DNA from: Congzhengia sp.
Lineage (GTDB): Bacteria > Bacillota > Clostridia > UBA1381 > UBA9506
Assembly: GCA_045544215.1 (NCBI GenBank)
Contig: JAZPYM010000076.1
Location: forward strand, 3,171-67,170
Direction: 5' to 3'
Length of the DNA stretch: 64,000 nt
A model generated the notes under the pieces. The model saw only the letters and a program-made list of their open reading frames with translations. It made no database searches and had not been told where the DNA came from. Shown here in pieces: positions 37,984-49,072 of this stretch (its first letter is position 1; each line of letters begins with the position of its first letter). The translations under genes and the position numbers were made by a program.

Positions 37984-38346
37984 TTGATTAAAAAGCAGTC
38001 AAGCAATGTTTCAAGACTGAGAAGACATAAAAGAGTCCGTAAAGCAGTTTCCGGTACGGCAAGCCGTCCCAGACTTTGCGTTTACAGAAGTCTTAAAAAC
38101 ATCTACGCACAGATTATCGATGACGATAAGGGCGTAACCTTGGTTAGCGCATCCAGCCTTGAGGGTGAATTGAAGGCTACCTACGGTGGCAACAAGGATG
38201 CAGCAAAAGCAGTTGGTGCATTAATTGCAAAAAAAGCAATTGAAAAGGGCATCGACACAGTCGTATTCGACAGAGGCGGATACATTTACCACGGCCGTGT
38301 ATTAGAGCTTGCAGAAGGTGCAAGAGAAGCCGGTCTTAAATTCTAA
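37984..38346 (+). CDS. rplR: 50S ribosomal protein L18
   Basis: 120 aa, ...[24 protein letters not shown]... Confidence 0.96.
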   Translation: MIKKQSSNVSRLRRHKRVRKAVSGTASRPRLCVYRSLKNIYAQIIDDDKGVTLVSASSLEGELKATYGGNKDAAKAVGALIAKKAIEKGIDTVVFDRGGYIYHGRVLELAEGAREAGLKF

Positions 38347-38364
38347 GAAAAGGAGGAAATCGTT

Positions 38365-38868
38365 TTGGCTCAACTGATTGACGCAAGCACATTGGATTTA
38401 AAAGAAAGAGTTGTAAACTTAAGCCGTGTTGCAAAGGTTGTTAAGGGCGGTAGAACATTCCGTTTCAGCGCACTGGTTGTTGTTGGTGACGAGAACGGAC
38501 ATGTAGGCTGCGGCACAGGAAAATCTTCTGAAATTCCGGACGCAATTCGCAAGGGAATTGAAGATGCGAAGAAAAACCTGATTAAGGTGAACATGGTTGG
38601 AACAACAATTCCTCATGAAATAACCGGTGAATTCGGTGCAGGTAGAGTATTATTAAAGCCTGCTGGAAAGGGTACAGGCGTTATCGCCGGCGGCGCAGCC
38701 AGAGCTGTAATTGAGCTTGCCGGTATCGCAGATATCAGAACAAAATCTTTACGCTCCAACAACCCCAGAAATGTTGTTAAGGCAACACTTCAGGGCTTAG
38801 CATCTTTAAAGAGTGCAGAAGGCGTTGCTCGTCTTCGCGGTAAGAGCGTTGAAGAAATCTTAAATTGA
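38365..38868 (+). CDS. rpsE: 30S ribosomal protein S5
   Basis: 167 aa, ...[22 protein letters not shown]... Confidence 0.96.
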   Translation: MAQLIDASTLDLKERVVNLSRVAKVVKGGRTFRFSALVVVGDENGHVGCGTGKSSEIPDAIRKGIEDAKKNLIKVNMVGTTIPHEITGEFGAGRVLLKPAGKGTGVIAGGAARAVIELAGIADIRTKSLRSNNPRNVVKATLQGLASLKSAEGVARLRGKSVEEILN

Positions 38869-38881
38869 GGAGGCAAAAGCC

Positions 38882-39061
38882 ATGGCTAAGCTTAAGGTTA
38901 CTTTGATGAAAAGTACAATTGGTAGAAAAAAAGACCATATAGCAACAGTTAAGGCACTTGGCCTTAAAAAGATTCGTGACGAAAAGATTCACGAAGCAAC
39001 CCCTACAATCTTGGGTATGATTAACAAGGTTGACTATATGGTAAAGGTAGAAGAAGTTTAA
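38882..39061 (+). CDS. rpmD: 50S ribosomal protein L30
   Basis: 59 aa, below the ORF-track cutoff. My translation is [61 protein letters not shown] is GAGGAGG. Confidence 0.9.
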   Translation: MAKLKVTLMKSTIGRKKDHIATVKALGLKKIRDEKIHEATPTILGMINKVDYMVKVEEV

Positions 39062-39081
39062 TCCGAAGGAGGTGCCACAAG

Positions 39082-39525
39082 ATGAATTTGAACGAATTAT
39101 CCCCGGCAGCAGGTTCCAAGCACAAGGCATTCAGAGTTGGTCGTGGACATGGTTCGGGTAACGGCAAAACATCAGGCAAAGGTCATAAGGGTCAGAATGC
39201 GCGCTCCGGCGGCGGTGTAAGACCTGGTTTTGAAGGCGGACAGATGCCTATTTACAGACGTCTTCCGAAAAGAGGATTTACCAATGTCTTTGCAAAACAA
39301 TATACAGAGATTAATGTTAGCGATTTGAACAGCTTTGAAAGCGGTGCAGTTGTAAACGCTGAAAGTTTGAAAAATGCAGGCATTATTAAAAAGGTAAATG
39401 ACGGCGTTGTTGTTATGGGTCGCGGCGATCTGACAGCACAGAACTTAACCGTTCAGGCAGTGAAATTTACCAAAGCAGCAGCAGAAAAAATAGCCAATGC
39501 AGGCGGTAAGGCGGAGGTGATCTGA
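39082..39525 (+). CDS. rplO: 50S ribosomal protein L15
   Basis: 147 aa, [12 protein letters not shown]...[13 protein letters not shown]... Confidence 0.96.
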   Translation: MNLNELSPAAGSKHKAFRVGRGHGSGNGKTSGKGHKGQNARSGGGVRPGFEGGQMPIYRRLPKRGFTNVFAKQYTEINVSDLNSFESGAVVNAESLKNAGIIKKVNDGVVVMGRGDLTAQNLTVQAVKFTKAAAEKIANAGGKAEVI

Positions 39526-39527
39526 GA

Positions 39528-40823
39528 ATGCTTCAAACCTTGCGGAACGCATGGAAAATTCCGGATCTTCGTAAAAAAATGCTTTACACAATCCTGATGC
39601 TGATTGTTTTCAGATTAGGCTCGTTCATTCCTGTTCCGGGAATTAACGCAGAAATGATTAAGGAAATGATGGGTGGCTTTGATGCAGGTATTCAGGGACT
39701 TATCAATAACTTCTCGGGCGGCGCTTTAGAGCGTGCATCCATTTTTGCGATGAGTATCACACCCTACATCAACGCATCAATCATTCTGCAGCTTTTGACA
39801 GTTGCAATTCCCGCTTTGGAAAAATTAGCCAAAGAGGGAGAAGAGGGAAGAAAGAAAATTGCTTCCTACACAAGATATGTAACAGTAATCCTGGCATTTG
39901 TCCAGGCAACAGGTCTTTTCTTCAGCTTAAAGCCTGCAATGACAGGCGACAGTGGTATTTTTGCTTACTTTATCGTAACGCTTACCTTTACTGCTGGTAC
40001 CGCATTTTTGATGTGGTTAGGTGAAGAAATCACCGAAAAGGGTGTTGGTAATGGTATTTCCCTGCTTATCGTAATCGGTATTGTATCTCGCGGACCCCAG
40101 GTAATTCAGTCCATGAGAGCAATGGTTGAACAAGCAGGCGGCTTCACCATCTCTGCGGCAGCAACCATTATTGCAATTTTGGTAATTATGATTGTAGCAA
40201 TTGCAGCGGTTGTATTGATGAATGAAGCGGAACGCAGAATTCCGGTTCAGTATGCAAAACGCGTTGTAGGCAGAAAAGCATACGGCGGCCAGAGCACACA
40301 CATCCCGCTGAAAGTAATTATGGCAGGTGTAATGCCCATTATCTTTGCGGTATCCATCATGTCTTTCCCCAGAACAATTTCCATGTTTGTTCATGGAACA
40401 CAAACACCCACAGAAGGCGTTTGGGGTGCAGTACTCAGATGGTTCTCCGAAACACATCCGTTCTATATTATATGCTACTTCCTGCTCATTCTGTTCTTCA
40501 CATATTTCTATACTGCAATTCAGTTCAATCCAATTGAAGTTGCGAATAACATGAAGCGGAATGGCGGATTTATTCCGGGCATCAGACCGGGTAAACCCAC
40601 ATCAGATTATGTTGCAAAGGTATTGTCCAAGGTGACACTTTTAGGTGCATTTTTCTTGGCTGCCTTGGCATTGTTACCGTTGTTCTTAGCATTTATTCCG
40701 TCTTTGGGCGGCATTTCCATCGGCGGTACATCCTTGCTTATCGTAGTAGGTGTATCACTGGAAACTGTAAAACAGTTGGAATCTCAAATGCTGATGAGAC
40801 ACTACAAGGGTTTTCTTGAATAA
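39528..40823 (+). CDS. secY: Preprotein translocase subunit SecY
   Basis: 431 aa with 10 TM segments, at the conserved position after rplO. Confidence 0.96.
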   Translation: MLQTLRNAWKIPDLRKKMLYTILMLIVFRLGSFIPVPGINAEMIKEMMGGFDAGIQGLINNFSGGALERASIFAMSITPYINASIILQLLTVAIPALEKLAKEGEEGRKKIASYTRYVTVILAFVQATGLFFSLKPAMTGDSGIFAYFIVTLTFTAGTAFLMWLGEEITEKGVGNGISLLIVIGIVSRGPQVIQSMRAMVEQAGGFTISAAATIIAILVIMIVAIAAVVLMNEAERRIPVQYAKRVVGRKAYGGQSTHIPLKVIMAGVMPIIFAVSIMSFPRTISMFVHGTQTPTEGVWGAVLRWFSETHPFYIICYFLLILFFTYFYTAIQFNPIEVANNMKRNGGFIPGIRPGKPTSDYVAKVLSKVTLLGAFFLAALALLPLFLAFIPSLGGISIGGTSLLIVVGVSLETVKQLESQMLMRHYKGFLE

Positions 40824-40837
40824 ACCGGAGGGACACT

Positions 40838-41491
40838 ATGAAATTGGTTCTGTTAGGACCGCCGGGAGCCGGTAAAGGCACACAGGCGGAAAAATTAGCA
40901 GATAAATTTGATATTCCCGCAATTTCTACGGGACATATTATCAGAAATGCAATTGCAGAGAACACGCTCGTCGGGCAGGAAGCCAAAGGCTATATCAGCC
41001 GCGGAGAGCTTGTTCCTGACAAGATTGTGGTGGAAATCGTGCAGGAGCGCTTGAAGGAAAAGGATTGCGAAAACGGCTATATTTTAGACGGTTTTCCCAG
41101 AACAATTTCTCAGGCGGAAATCATGGAGGAAATACCAATCCCTGTGGATTTGGTAATTGAACTTCGTGTAGAGGAAGATGTGATTATATCCCGTCTTTCC
41201 GGTCGCCGCGTGTGTAAAGCTTGCGGGGCAACCTATCATGTTCATGATAATCCGCCACAAAAAGAGGGTATGTGTGACAAATGTAACATTCCTCTTGTCC
41301 AGCGCGATGATGATGTGCCGGATGTTATTAAAAAACGAATTCGAGTATACAGTGAGCAAACAGAGCCTTTAAGAGCATTCTATCAAAGCAGAGGTCTTTT
41401 GGTTTCCATTGAGGGGAAAGACAAGGTAGAAGATACCACAAAAGCGATGATGGATGCCATTGAGGCAAGAAATGTTGAGGCGGGCGTATGA
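40838..41491 (+). CDS. adk: Adenylate kinase
   Basis: GPPGAGKGTQ P-loop and a lid-domain Zn cluster CKACG...CDKC. Confidence 0.96.
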   Translation: MKLVLLGPPGAGKGTQAEKLADKFDIPAISTGHIIRNAIAENTLVGQEAKGYISRGELVPDKIVVEIVQERLKEKDCENGYILDGFPRTISQAEIMEEIPIPVDLVIELRVEEDVIISRLSGRRVCKACGATYHVHDNPPQKEGMCDKCNIPLVQRDDDVPDVIKKRIRVYSEQTEPLRAFYQSRGLLVSIEGKDKVEDTTKAMMDAIEARNVEAGV

Positions 41492-42234
41492 TTAAAATCA
41501 AATCTACCTATGAGGTTGAACAAATGCGAATTGCCGGCAGAATTACTGCTGAAACCTTTGAGGTATTAAAAGATTTTATCAAGCCCGGTGTTACAACAAA
41601 GGAACTTGATAAAATTGCGGCAGAGTATATCAACAAATGCGGTGCAGAATGTTCGTTTTATCAATACAACGGATATCCCGGACATATCTGCATATCCGTG
41701 AATGACGAGGTCGTTCACGGCATTCCCGGAAGACGAATTCTTCAGGACGGGGACATCGTCAGTGTTGATATCGGAGCATGCTACGGCGGATATCATGGCG
41801 ATGCGGCAAGAACCTATGCGGTGGGCACGATTTGCCCGGAAGCAGAACGGTTGATATCCATTACGGAGCAGAGTTTTTTTGAAGGCATCAAATATGCAAA
41901 ATTAGGCAACCGTCTTTTCGACATTTCTGCAAACATTCAGAAGATTGTGGAAGAGAACAATTGCTCAGTTGTACGGGCGCTTGTGGGGCATGGAATTGGT
42001 AAGCATCTTCACGAGGACCCCGAGGTTCCTAATTTTGGAACAGCAGGTCGTGGACCACGACTTGTGGCAGGCATGACCATTGCGGTTGAGCCAATGGTAA
42101 ACTTGGGTACGCACAAGGTAAATACGCTACCCGATGAGTGGACAGTGGTAACAGCAGATGGTTCGCTTTCGGCACATTATGAAAATACCATTCTCATTAC
42201 AGAGAAAGGTGTCGAAATCCTGACCAAATGCTAA
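41488..42234 (+). CDS. map: Type I methionine aminopeptidase
   Basis: 248 aa with metal ligands in VDIGA...GDAARTY...GHGIG...EP.... Confidence 0.95.
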   Translation: MIKIKSTYEVEQMRIAGRITAETFEVLKDFIKPGVTTKELDKIAAEYINKCGAECSFYQYNGYPGHICISVNDEVVHGIPGRRILQDGDIVSVDIGACYGGYHGDAARTYAVGTICPEAERLISITEQSFFEGIKYAKLGNRLFDISANIQKIVEENNCSVVRALVGHGIGKHLHEDPEVPNFGTAGRGPRLVAGMTIAVEPMVNLGTHKVNTLPDEWTVVTADGSLSAHYENTILITEKGVEILTKC

Positions 42235-42252
42235 TTTTGAGGTGATGATATT

Positions 42253-42525
42253 TTGAATTTCTGTGCCGGTGATATTGTAGTTTCAAAGGCAGGAAGAGAT
42301 AAGGACAAACATTTTGTAGTCCTGGCAACGGTTGACGAACAATTCGTTTTGGTTGCAGATGGGGACTTGCGCAGAGTGGATAATCCAAAACGAAAAAAAT
42401 GGAAGCATCTTGAGAACACGGGAAATGCGTCTTTGTTCATTCAGGAAAAACTCAGCGCAGGTGTTCGCGTTACCAATCCTGACTTAAAAAAGGAATTAGC
42501 GCAGTATAACCGAAAGGATGTATAG
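42253..42525 (+). CDS. KOW-motif small RNA-binding protein commonly found between map and infA in Clostridia
   Basis: 90 aa. [18 protein letters not shown] is a KOW motif. TTG start after GAGGTG. Confidence 0.7.
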   Translation: MNFCAGDIVVSKAGRDKDKHFVVLATVDEQFVLVADGDLRRVDNPKRKKWKHLENTGNASLFIQEKLSAGVRVTNPDLKKELAQYNRKDV

Positions 42526-42538
42526 GAGGTTTATCATT

Positions 42539-42757
42539 ATGGCAAAAGACGGCGTAATTGAGTTGGAGGGTGTTGTAACAGAAGCACTACCCAATGCAAT
42601 GTTTAAAGTAAAATTTGAAAATGGGCACGAGATTTTGGCTCACATTTCAGGAAAGCTCAGAACAAATTATATCAGAATTCTCCCCGGTGATAAGGTAACG
42701 GTTGAAATGTCACCCTATGACTTAACCAAAGGTCGTATCACCTGGAGAGCGAAATAA
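42539..42757 (+). CDS. infA: Translation initiation factor IF-1
   Basis: [24 protein letters not shown]... from the ATG at 42539, after AGGAGG. Confidence 0.96.
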   Translation: MAKDGVIELEGVVTEALPNAMFKVKFENGHEILAHISGKLRTNYIRILPGDKVTVEMSPYDLTKGRITWRAK

Positions 42758-42819
42758 TCAAATGAAACAAAATTGCCGCAAAATGGCGGTAAAGTTGCCA
42801 TGAAGGAGGTATTTACAAC

Positions 42820-42933
42820 ATGAAGGTAAGACCAAGTGTAAAACCTATGTGTGAAAAATGCAAAATTATTAAGCGTAAGGGTAAAATCATGGTTATCTGT
42901 GAAAACCCGAAGCACAAGCAGAAGCAGGGCTAA
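42820..42933 (+). CDS. rpmJ: 50S ribosomal protein L36
   Basis: 37 aa, below the ORF-track cutoff. My translation is [39 protein letters not shown] is GAAGGAGG. Confidence 0.93.
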   Translation: MKVRPSVKPMCEKCKIIKRKGKIMVICENPKHKQKQG

Positions 42934-43036
42934 TTTTGTAGAATTCCGGGAGAAGCGGCTGAAACGCAAATGATTTTGCGTTAACTTTCCCGGTGTGCTA
43001 TAAATCAAACACAAAAACAGGAGGTGCGAGACAAGC

Positions 43037-43405
43037 ATGGCCAGAATATCAGGCGTGGATTTACCAAGAGAAAAAAGAGTTGAGATTGGCTTGACTTATG
43101 TATTCGGAATCGGTCTTCCAAGTTCTAAAAAAATTCTTGCTGAAGCGGGCATTAACCCCGACACAAGAGTAAAGGACCTGACCGAGGATGAAGTTTCAAA
43201 GCTGAGAGAAATCATCGACAGAGATTATGTTGTTGAAGGCGATTTAAGAAGAAATGTCGCACTTGACATAAAAAGACTGATGGAAATCGGTTGCTACCGT
43301 GGCGTAAGACACAGAAAAGGTCTTCCGGTTAGAGGTCAGAAGACCAAGACAAATGCAAGAACCAGAAAAGGACCGAAACGCACAATCGCGAATAAGAAAA
43401 AATAA
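43037..43405 (+). CDS. rpsM: 30S ribosomal protein S13
   Basis: 122 aa, [15 protein letters not shown]... Confidence 0.97.
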   Translation: MARISGVDLPREKRVEIGLTYVFGIGLPSSKKILAEAGINPDTRVKDLTEDEVSKLREIIDRDYVVEGDLRRNVALDIKRLMEIGCYRGVRHRKGLPVRGQKTKTNARTRKGPKRTIANKKK

Positions 43406-43456
43406 GATTTACCCAATAGGGGACCTTATTCACTGTCGAAAGGAGGAACTATCGAA

Positions 43457-43849
43457 ATGGCAAAGGTTGCGAAAAGAAGTACCCGCAGAAAAGTTAAAAA
43501 GAATATCGAGCGTGGCGCAGTTCACATTCGTTCAACATTTAATAACACAATTATTACAATCACAGATGTTGCCGGCAATGCAATTAGCTGGGCAAGTGCA
43601 GGTGGTTTAGGTTTCCGCGGTTCCAGAAAGAGCACGCCGTTTGCAGCACAGTCAGCGGCTGAAACAGCAGCAAAGGCAGCAATGGAACACGGTTTAAAAA
43701 CAGTTGAGGTATTTGTAAAAGGCCCCGGCGCAGGTCGTGAAGCTGCAATTCGTGCACTTCAGGCTGCAGGTCTTGAGGTTACCATGATTAAGGATGTAAC
43801 CCCCATTCCTCACAACGGCTGCAGACCGCCGAAAAGAAGAAGAGTTTGA
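43457..43849 (+). CDS. rpsK: 30S ribosomal protein S11
   Basis: 130 aa, ...[16 protein letters not shown]... Confidence 0.97.
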   Translation: MAKVAKRSTRRKVKKNIERGAVHIRSTFNNTIITITDVAGNAISWASAGGLGFRGSRKSTPFAAQSAAETAAKAAMEHGLKTVEVFVKGPGAGREAAIRALQAAGLEVTMIKDVTPIPHNGCRPPKRRRV

Positions 43850-43897
43850 TGGATATCGATATACATCGGTTTAAAATTTAAGGAGGTGTAGATTTAG

Positions 43898-44524
43898 ATG
43901 GCACGATATACAGGTGCAGTGTGCAGATTTTGTCGTAGAGAAGGCATGAAGCTTTTCTTAAAGGGCGAAAGATGTTACACAGATAAGTGCGCAATTACCC
44001 GTAGAAAGAGCGCTCCAGGCATGCACGGTCAGAGCAGAAAGAAGCTGTCTGAATACGGTTTACAGTTAAGAGAGAAGCAAAAAGCAAAGAGATATTATGG
44101 CGTTTTAGAATCTCAGTTTGCAAAATATTTTGAAATGGCAAACAAAAAGCAGGGTATCACCGGTGAAAACCTGCTCCAGATTATTGAAAGCAGATTGGAC
44201 AATGTGGTTTACCGTTCCGGTTTTGCAACATCAAGACCTGAAGCAAGAATTCTGGTTTCCCATGGCCATTTTGAAGTTAACGGCAAGCGCGTTGACATTC
44301 CGTCATATTTGGTTAAACCTGGCGATGTAATCACATTGCAGGAAAAGAGCCGTTCTTCTGAGAAATTCAAAGCAATTTTGGAAATCACAGCAGGAAGAAC
44401 CGTTCCCGCATGGCTTGATGCCAACCATGACACTTGCGAAAGCAAAGTTGTAACTTTGGCAAAAAGAGAAGACATTGACCTTGAAATTGAGGAACATCTT
44501 ATTGTCGAATTGTATTCGAAATAA
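43898..44524 (+). CDS. rpsD: 30S ribosomal protein S4
   Basis: 208 aa, [16 protein letters not shown]... Confidence 0.97.
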   Translation: MARYTGAVCRFCRREGMKLFLKGERCYTDKCAITRRKSAPGMHGQSRKKLSEYGLQLREKQKAKRYYGVLESQFAKYFEMANKKQGITGENLLQIIESRLDNVVYRSGFATSRPEARILVSHGHFEVNGKRVDIPSYLVKPGDVITLQEKSRSSEKFKAILEITAGRTVPAWLDANHDTCESKVVTLAKREDIDLEIEEHLIVELYSK

Positions 44525-44632
44525 AATTTTGTTATTTCGCATTCAAAGCTTTACAATCAAGATTACCCTCGACGCAAACATGTTTGTTTGTGTGCGTGAA
44601 ATTTAACCGAAATATATGAGGGAGGGTTAACG

Positions 44633-45583
44633 ATGTTAGAAATAGAAAAGCCGAAAGTTGAGTGTGTAGAGATTAACGAAGACGGTACCTACGGCAAATT
44701 TATTGCAGAGCCTTTAGAGCGCGGCTACGGCACAACGCTGGGCAACTCCTTGAGAAGAATGCTTTTGTCATCTCTTCCGGGTGCAGCTGCAACCTCTGTA
44801 AAAATTGACGGGATACTGCATGAATTTTCGATAATACCCGGTGTAAAGGAAGATGTAACAGAAATTATTTTGAACATCAAACAGATTGCAGTAAAACTGC
44901 ACTGCGATACACCGAAAGTTGTTTACATTGAGGCAGAGGGCGAGGGCGTTATTCGCGCTGGCGACATCAAGTTGGATTCAGATATTGAAATCTGTAACCC
45001 TGACCTGAAAATTGCAACACTTGGTAAGGACGCAAAGCTCTATATGGAAATCACATTTGCAAAGGGCCGCGGCTATGTATCTGCTGAGCGTAACAAGCAG
45101 ATTAACCAAAACATTATCGGCGTAATTCCGGTTGACTCAATTTACACACCTGTTCACAGGGTGAATTATTCTGTTGAAAACACCCGTGTCGGAAACATTA
45201 CAGACTATGACAAACTCACACTGGAGGTTTGGACCGATGGTTCCATTACACCCGATGAAGCAGTGAGTCTTGCGGCTAAAATTATAAACGAGCATTTAAT
45301 GCAGTTTATTGACCTCTCGGAAGAAGCAAAGAATGCCGACATCTTAATTGAAAAAGAAGTTGGTCAGAAAGAAAAAGTGCTGGAGATGACCATTGAGGAG
45401 TTAGACCTTTCTGTTCGTTCCTACAACTGCTTAAAGCGTGCAGGAATTAACACAGTAGAGGATTTAACAAACAGAACAGAGGAGGACATGGTAAAGGTTC
45501 GTAATCTGGGAAGAAAATCCTTAGAAGAAGTTATCGGAAAGCTTCAGGCACTTGGACAGTCCTTTGCAAAGCGTGAGGACTAA
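44633..45583 (+). CDS. rpoA: DNA-directed RNA polymerase alpha subunit
   Basis: 316 aa, ...[20 protein letters not shown]...[17 protein letters not shown]... Confidence 0.97.
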   Translation: MLEIEKPKVECVEINEDGTYGKFIAEPLERGYGTTLGNSLRRMLLSSLPGAAATSVKIDGILHEFSIIPGVKEDVTEIILNIKQIAVKLHCDTPKVVYIEAEGEGVIRAGDIKLDSDIEICNPDLKIATLGKDAKLYMEITFAKGRGYVSAERNKQINQNIIGVIPVDSIYTPVHRVNYSVENTRVGNITDYDKLTLEVWTDGSITPDEAVSLAAKIINEHLMQFIDLSEEAKNADILIEKEVGQKEKVLEMTIEELDLSVRSYNCLKRAGINTVEDLTNRTEEDMVKVRNLGRKSLEEVIGKLQALGQSFAKRED

Positions 45584-45616
45584 CGAAAATTATTGAAATC
45601 AAGGAGGTAGTGACAG

Positions 45617-45958
45617 ATGCCAGGAACAAGAAAATTAGGTCGTCCAACCGACCAGCGTATTGCAATGTTCAGAAGCCTTACCACAGCACTTTTGGCAAAT
45701 GGTAAACTGGTTACCACAGTTTCTAAGGCAAAAGAACTTCGTGCAATCGCAGATAAAATGATTACACTTGGCAAAAAGAACACCTTACATTCCAGAAGAC
45801 AAGCATTGGCTTACATTACGGATAAAGAGGTTGTTTTCAAACTGTTCGACGAAATCGCTCCGAAATATCAGGATCGTAACGGTGGCTACACAAGAGTATT
45901 AAAGATGGGCCCCAGACGCGGTGACGCTGCTGAAATGGCAGTAATTGAGCTGGTTTAA
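45617..45958 (+). CDS. rplQ: 50S ribosomal protein L17
   Basis: 113 aa, ...[16 protein letters not shown]... Confidence 0.96.
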   Translation: MPGTRKLGRPTDQRIAMFRSLTTALLANGKLVTTVSKAKELRAIADKMITLGKKNTLHSRRQALAYITDKEVVFKLFDEIAPKYQDRNGGYTRVLKMGPRRGDAAEMAVIELV

Positions 45959-45989
45959 TCGACAAACTAATTTTGTATACAAAAATTAA

Positions 45990-46023
45990 AAAAAGAAACT
46001 GCCCTATGGCAGTTTCTTTTTTT
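45990..46023. terminator. Bidirectional intrinsic terminator ending the alpha operon
   Basis: aaaaAGAAACTGCCctatGGCAGTTTCTtttttt. Confidence 0.75.
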
Positions 46024-47071
46024 ATAGCAATTCACAAAATTGTCGAAAAGCAGTGGGAAGGGCAACCTGTGAAAAAAGAGTATCTTTGCTTACCCAGACA
46101 AAAGCGTCGTTTTCCTGCTCTACAGTAAAGCCGTAGCAAATCATGTGCCACTCAATGTGGGTAAAAATATGCTTTCGTTTGGAAGAATAAACCAGATCCG
46201 TTACAATCATTCCGCATTGTTTCATATGGTCTGCTGCCTGTTCCTTTGTAAGCGCTCCGGGGGTATTGGGAAATTCCCACATTCCCGCAAGCAATCCCTT
46301 TTGCTTTCTTTTTTTAATTGCGTATTTATCGCCGCACCTGATTAAAAATACGGTGTGGTGTTCTGTTTTTCGTGGCCTTTTCGCTGCCCGTTTTGGAAAG
46401 TCTGCTTGTGTGCCGGTTTTGTACGCACAACATAAGGATTGAACGGGACAAATATCACAATTTGGTGTTCCATTTGGCACACAAACCATGGCACCCAACT
46501 CCATTAAGGATTGGGTAAAATCGCCGCAATGTCCTTTTGGATAGATTTTTGCTAGGCTGCTTGCCACCTCTTTTTTAACAGATGGTAGGTCGATTTCCTC
46601 TTTCAAAGCTCCAACTCTTGCAATTACCCGCAGCACATTTCCATCAACGGCAGGCGTGGGCTGCTCAAAACAGATAGAAGCAATGGCGCCTGCAGTATAA
46701 TCACCAATTCCCGGCAAACTTAAGATATCTTCATATTGACGGGGAAACACACCGCCAAATTGAGAAATAATCATTTGGGCGGCTTTTTTTAAATTTCTCG
46801 CGCGGGAATAGTATCCAAGTCCCTCCCATAGCTTTAAAAGCTGCCCGTTATCTGCAGCTGCAAGGGAAGCAATATCTGGAAATGTCTCTAAAAAACGAAT
46901 ATAGTAACCTTTTACTGCCTCAACCCGTGTTTGCTGTAGCATAATTTCAGATAGCCATACACGATAAGGGTCTCTGTTTTCCCGCCAGGGAAGATGCCGC
47001 GCATTTTTTTCATACCACGGTAGTAATGCTTCAGGCAATTGTGCCATTTTTTCTTGAAGTTGCCGATTCAT
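46022..47071 (-). CDS. mutY: A/G-specific adenine DNA glycosylase
   Basis: 349 aa with an HhH-GPD domain, the Fe-S cluster C..C..C...C (CVPNGTPNCDICPVQSLC), and a NUDIX-like C-terminus. Confidence 0.9.
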   Translation of the reverse strand: MNRQLQEKMAQLPEALLPWYEKNARHLPWRENRDPYRVWLSEIMLQQTRVEAVKGYYIRFLETFPDIASLAAADNGQLLKLWEGLGYYSRARNLKKAAQMIISQFGGVFPRQYEDILSLPGIGDYTAGAIASICFEQPTPAVDGNVLRVIARVGALKEEIDLPSVKKEVASSLAKIYPKGHCGDFTQSLMELGAMVCVPNGTPNCDICPVQSLCCAYKTGTQADFPKRAAKRPRKTEHHTVFLIRCGDKYAIKKRKQKGLLAGMWEFPNTPGALTKEQAADHMKQCGMIVTDLVYSSKRKHIFTHIEWHMICYGFTVEQENDAFVWVSKDTLFSQVALPTAFRQFCELL

Positions 47072-47196
47072 ACGATACTCCTTGTTCTTCTTTCTTTCAC
47101 TATATCACAGAATTTGTAAGGTGTCAAACTTTTGCTTGCTTTCCATTGGCGGCTGTAATATAATAAGATTATAAAGATGTGAAATATCAGTAGGAG

Positions 47197-48138
47197 ATGA
47201 ATTTTATCATGGGAAACATTTATTATTCCATAGACGAATTAATTGGAAACACACCCATTTTGGAGTTATGCAACATAGAAAAACACTATGCACTTTCAGC
47301 AAAGCTTTATGCAAAACTTGAATATTTTAACCCTGCCGGCTCTGTGAAAGACCGCGTGGCAAAGGCAATGCTGGATGATGCGGAGGCACGGGGGCTGATT
47401 GATGAAGAAACCGTTATTATTGAGCCCACCAGCGGAAATACAGGCATCGGCCTTGCGTCTGTTGCGGCAGCGCGTGGCTATCGTGTGATGATTGTGATGC
47501 CGGAAACCATGTCTGTTGAGCGGCAAAAACTGATGCTCGCCCTTGGTGCAGAGCTTGTGCTCACAGAAGGGGCAAAAGGGATGAATGGCGCAATTGAAAA
47601 AGCAAACGAATTAAGCAAAACCCTTCCCAAAAGCTTTGTTGCGGGACAATTTATCAATCCTGCAAACCCTGAAATCCATTTTTTAACCACCGGACCTGAA
47701 ATTTGGCGGGATACAGACGGAAAGGTAGATATTTTTGTTGCGGGCGTTGGCACAGGCGGCACCATTACCGGCGTTGGAAGATTTTTAAAATCCAAAAATC
47801 CTGCTATACAGATTGTTGGTGTAGAGCCGTATTCTTCTCCCGTTCTTTCCGGTGGAAAGGCGGGCACACATGCGATTCAGGGAATTGGAGCAGGATTTAT
47901 ACCTGATGTACTGGATACAAAGGTAATTGACCAAATTATTCCCGTTAAAAATGAAGACGCCTATGCCATGGGAAATCTTATGGGAAAACGGGAAGGCGTG
48001 TTGGTGGGCATTTCTGCAGGTGCAGCACTTGCGGCTGCTGTTCAGCTTGGAAAAATGCCGGAGCATGCCGGAAAAAGAATTGTGGTGCTTCTGCCGGACA
48101 CGGGAGAGCGCTATTTATCTACAACCATGTTTGACTAA
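47197..48138 (+). CDS. cysK: Cysteine synthase A (O-acetylserine sulfhydrylase)
   Basis: NPAGSVKDR (PLP Lys), [10 protein letters not shown] and GTGGT. The start is ambiguous between 47197 and 47209. Confidence 0.92.
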   Translation: MNFIMGNIYYSIDELIGNTPILELCNIEKHYALSAKLYAKLEYFNPAGSVKDRVAKAMLDDAEARGLIDEETVIIEPTSGNTGIGLASVAAARGYRVMIVMPETMSVERQKLMLALGAELVLTEGAKGMNGAIEKANELSKTLPKSFVAGQFINPANPEIHFLTTGPEIWRDTDGKVDIFVAGVGTGGTITGVGRFLKSKNPAIQIVGVEPYSSPVLSGGKAGTHAIQGIGAGFIPDVLDTKVIDQIIPVKNEDAYAMGNLMGKREGVLVGISAGAALAAAVQLGKMPEHAGKRIVVLLPDTGERYLSTTMFD

Positions 48139-48141
48139 AAT

Positions 48142-48180
48142 AAAAAAGCTGCTACAGGAACTCCTGTAGCAGCTTTTTTA
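48142..48180. terminator. Bidirectional intrinsic terminator
   Basis: aaaaAAGCTGCTACAGGaacTCCTGTAGCAGCTTtttt. Confidence 0.75.
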
Positions 48181-48184
48181 TTTT

Positions 48185-49072
48185 TTACACATTCAAGTGC
48201 TTCCTTACGGCGATAAAACTTCCCAGACCGCCCAAGACAACACCTAACCCAAAGGTGGAGGAAAGGATAAGAGAAGTAAGTTCCTCTAAAGGTTTTAAAC
48301 TAATAAATAGAATATTATTCTGCATTACGGCAACCAGGAAATTATACCCTATCAGAATCAAAAGGGCAGAGGCACAAGCGCCAATCAAGCCAATGATAAT
48401 TCCCTCAATAATGAATGGCCAGCGGATAAACCAATCGGTTGCGCCAACAAATTTCATAATGTTAATTTCTCTGCGTCTGGTATATACAGTTAGCTTAATG
48501 GTGTTTGAAATAATAAACACCGAAACAATTGCCAAAGCAATGATAATCCAGACACTGAATGAGCGCACATAGTTTGCAATTTTAACAAGGTTGCTGATGG
48601 CGTCTTCGTTCTGAATAACCTTTTCCACACCGTCAATCTGTTCCAACTTGCGAACAGTTTCAGAGGTGCGGTTTAAGTCGGCAAGCGTTATACGATACCA
48701 ATTTCGCAAGGGATTGTCGTCTTTGTATCGGTCAAGCAGGGAACCGTTTTCCCCGAACTTTTCTTTTAATTGCTCCAAACGGTCTGAATTGCGGTCCAGT
48801 GTGGCATCTGTTACATTTTCAACCTTTAAAATTTCTTTTCTAATTGCAGGGATGCCCTCTTCTGTGGTTTTTTCGTCCATAACCACAATGATTTCATAAT
48901 CCTGCTCCAAATCACCAACAATGCTGTTTAGGTTCAGGGACAAAATCATGAACATGCCCAGAATCAACAAGCTTGCCATAACGGTAAAAACAGAGGCAAG
49001 AGACATCCAGCCGTTAGCAAAAAGATTTTTAAATGCCTCTGTCATAAAATATCGAAATCCTCTAATCCTCAT
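48185..49072 (-). CDS. ftsX: Cell-division ABC transporter permease-like protein FtsX
   Basis: MRIRGFRYFMTEAFKNL..., with four TM segments. I prefer the ATG at 49072 (8 nt after GAGGAGG) to the longest-ORF start at 49126. Confidence 0.88.
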   Translation of the reverse strand: MRIRGFRYFMTEAFKNLFANGWMSLASVFTVMASLLILGMFMILSLNLNSIVGDLEQDYEIIVVMDEKTTEEGIPAIRKEILKVENVTDATLDRNSDRLEQLKEKFGENGSLLDRYKDDNPLRNWYRITLADLNRTSETVRKLEQIDGVEKVIQNEDAISNLVKIANYVRSFSVWIIIALAIVSVFIISNTIKLTVYTRRREINIMKFVGATDWFIRWPFIIEGIIIGLIGACASALLILIGYNFLVAVMQNNILFISLKPLEELTSLILSSTFGLGVVLGGLGSFIAVRKHLNV

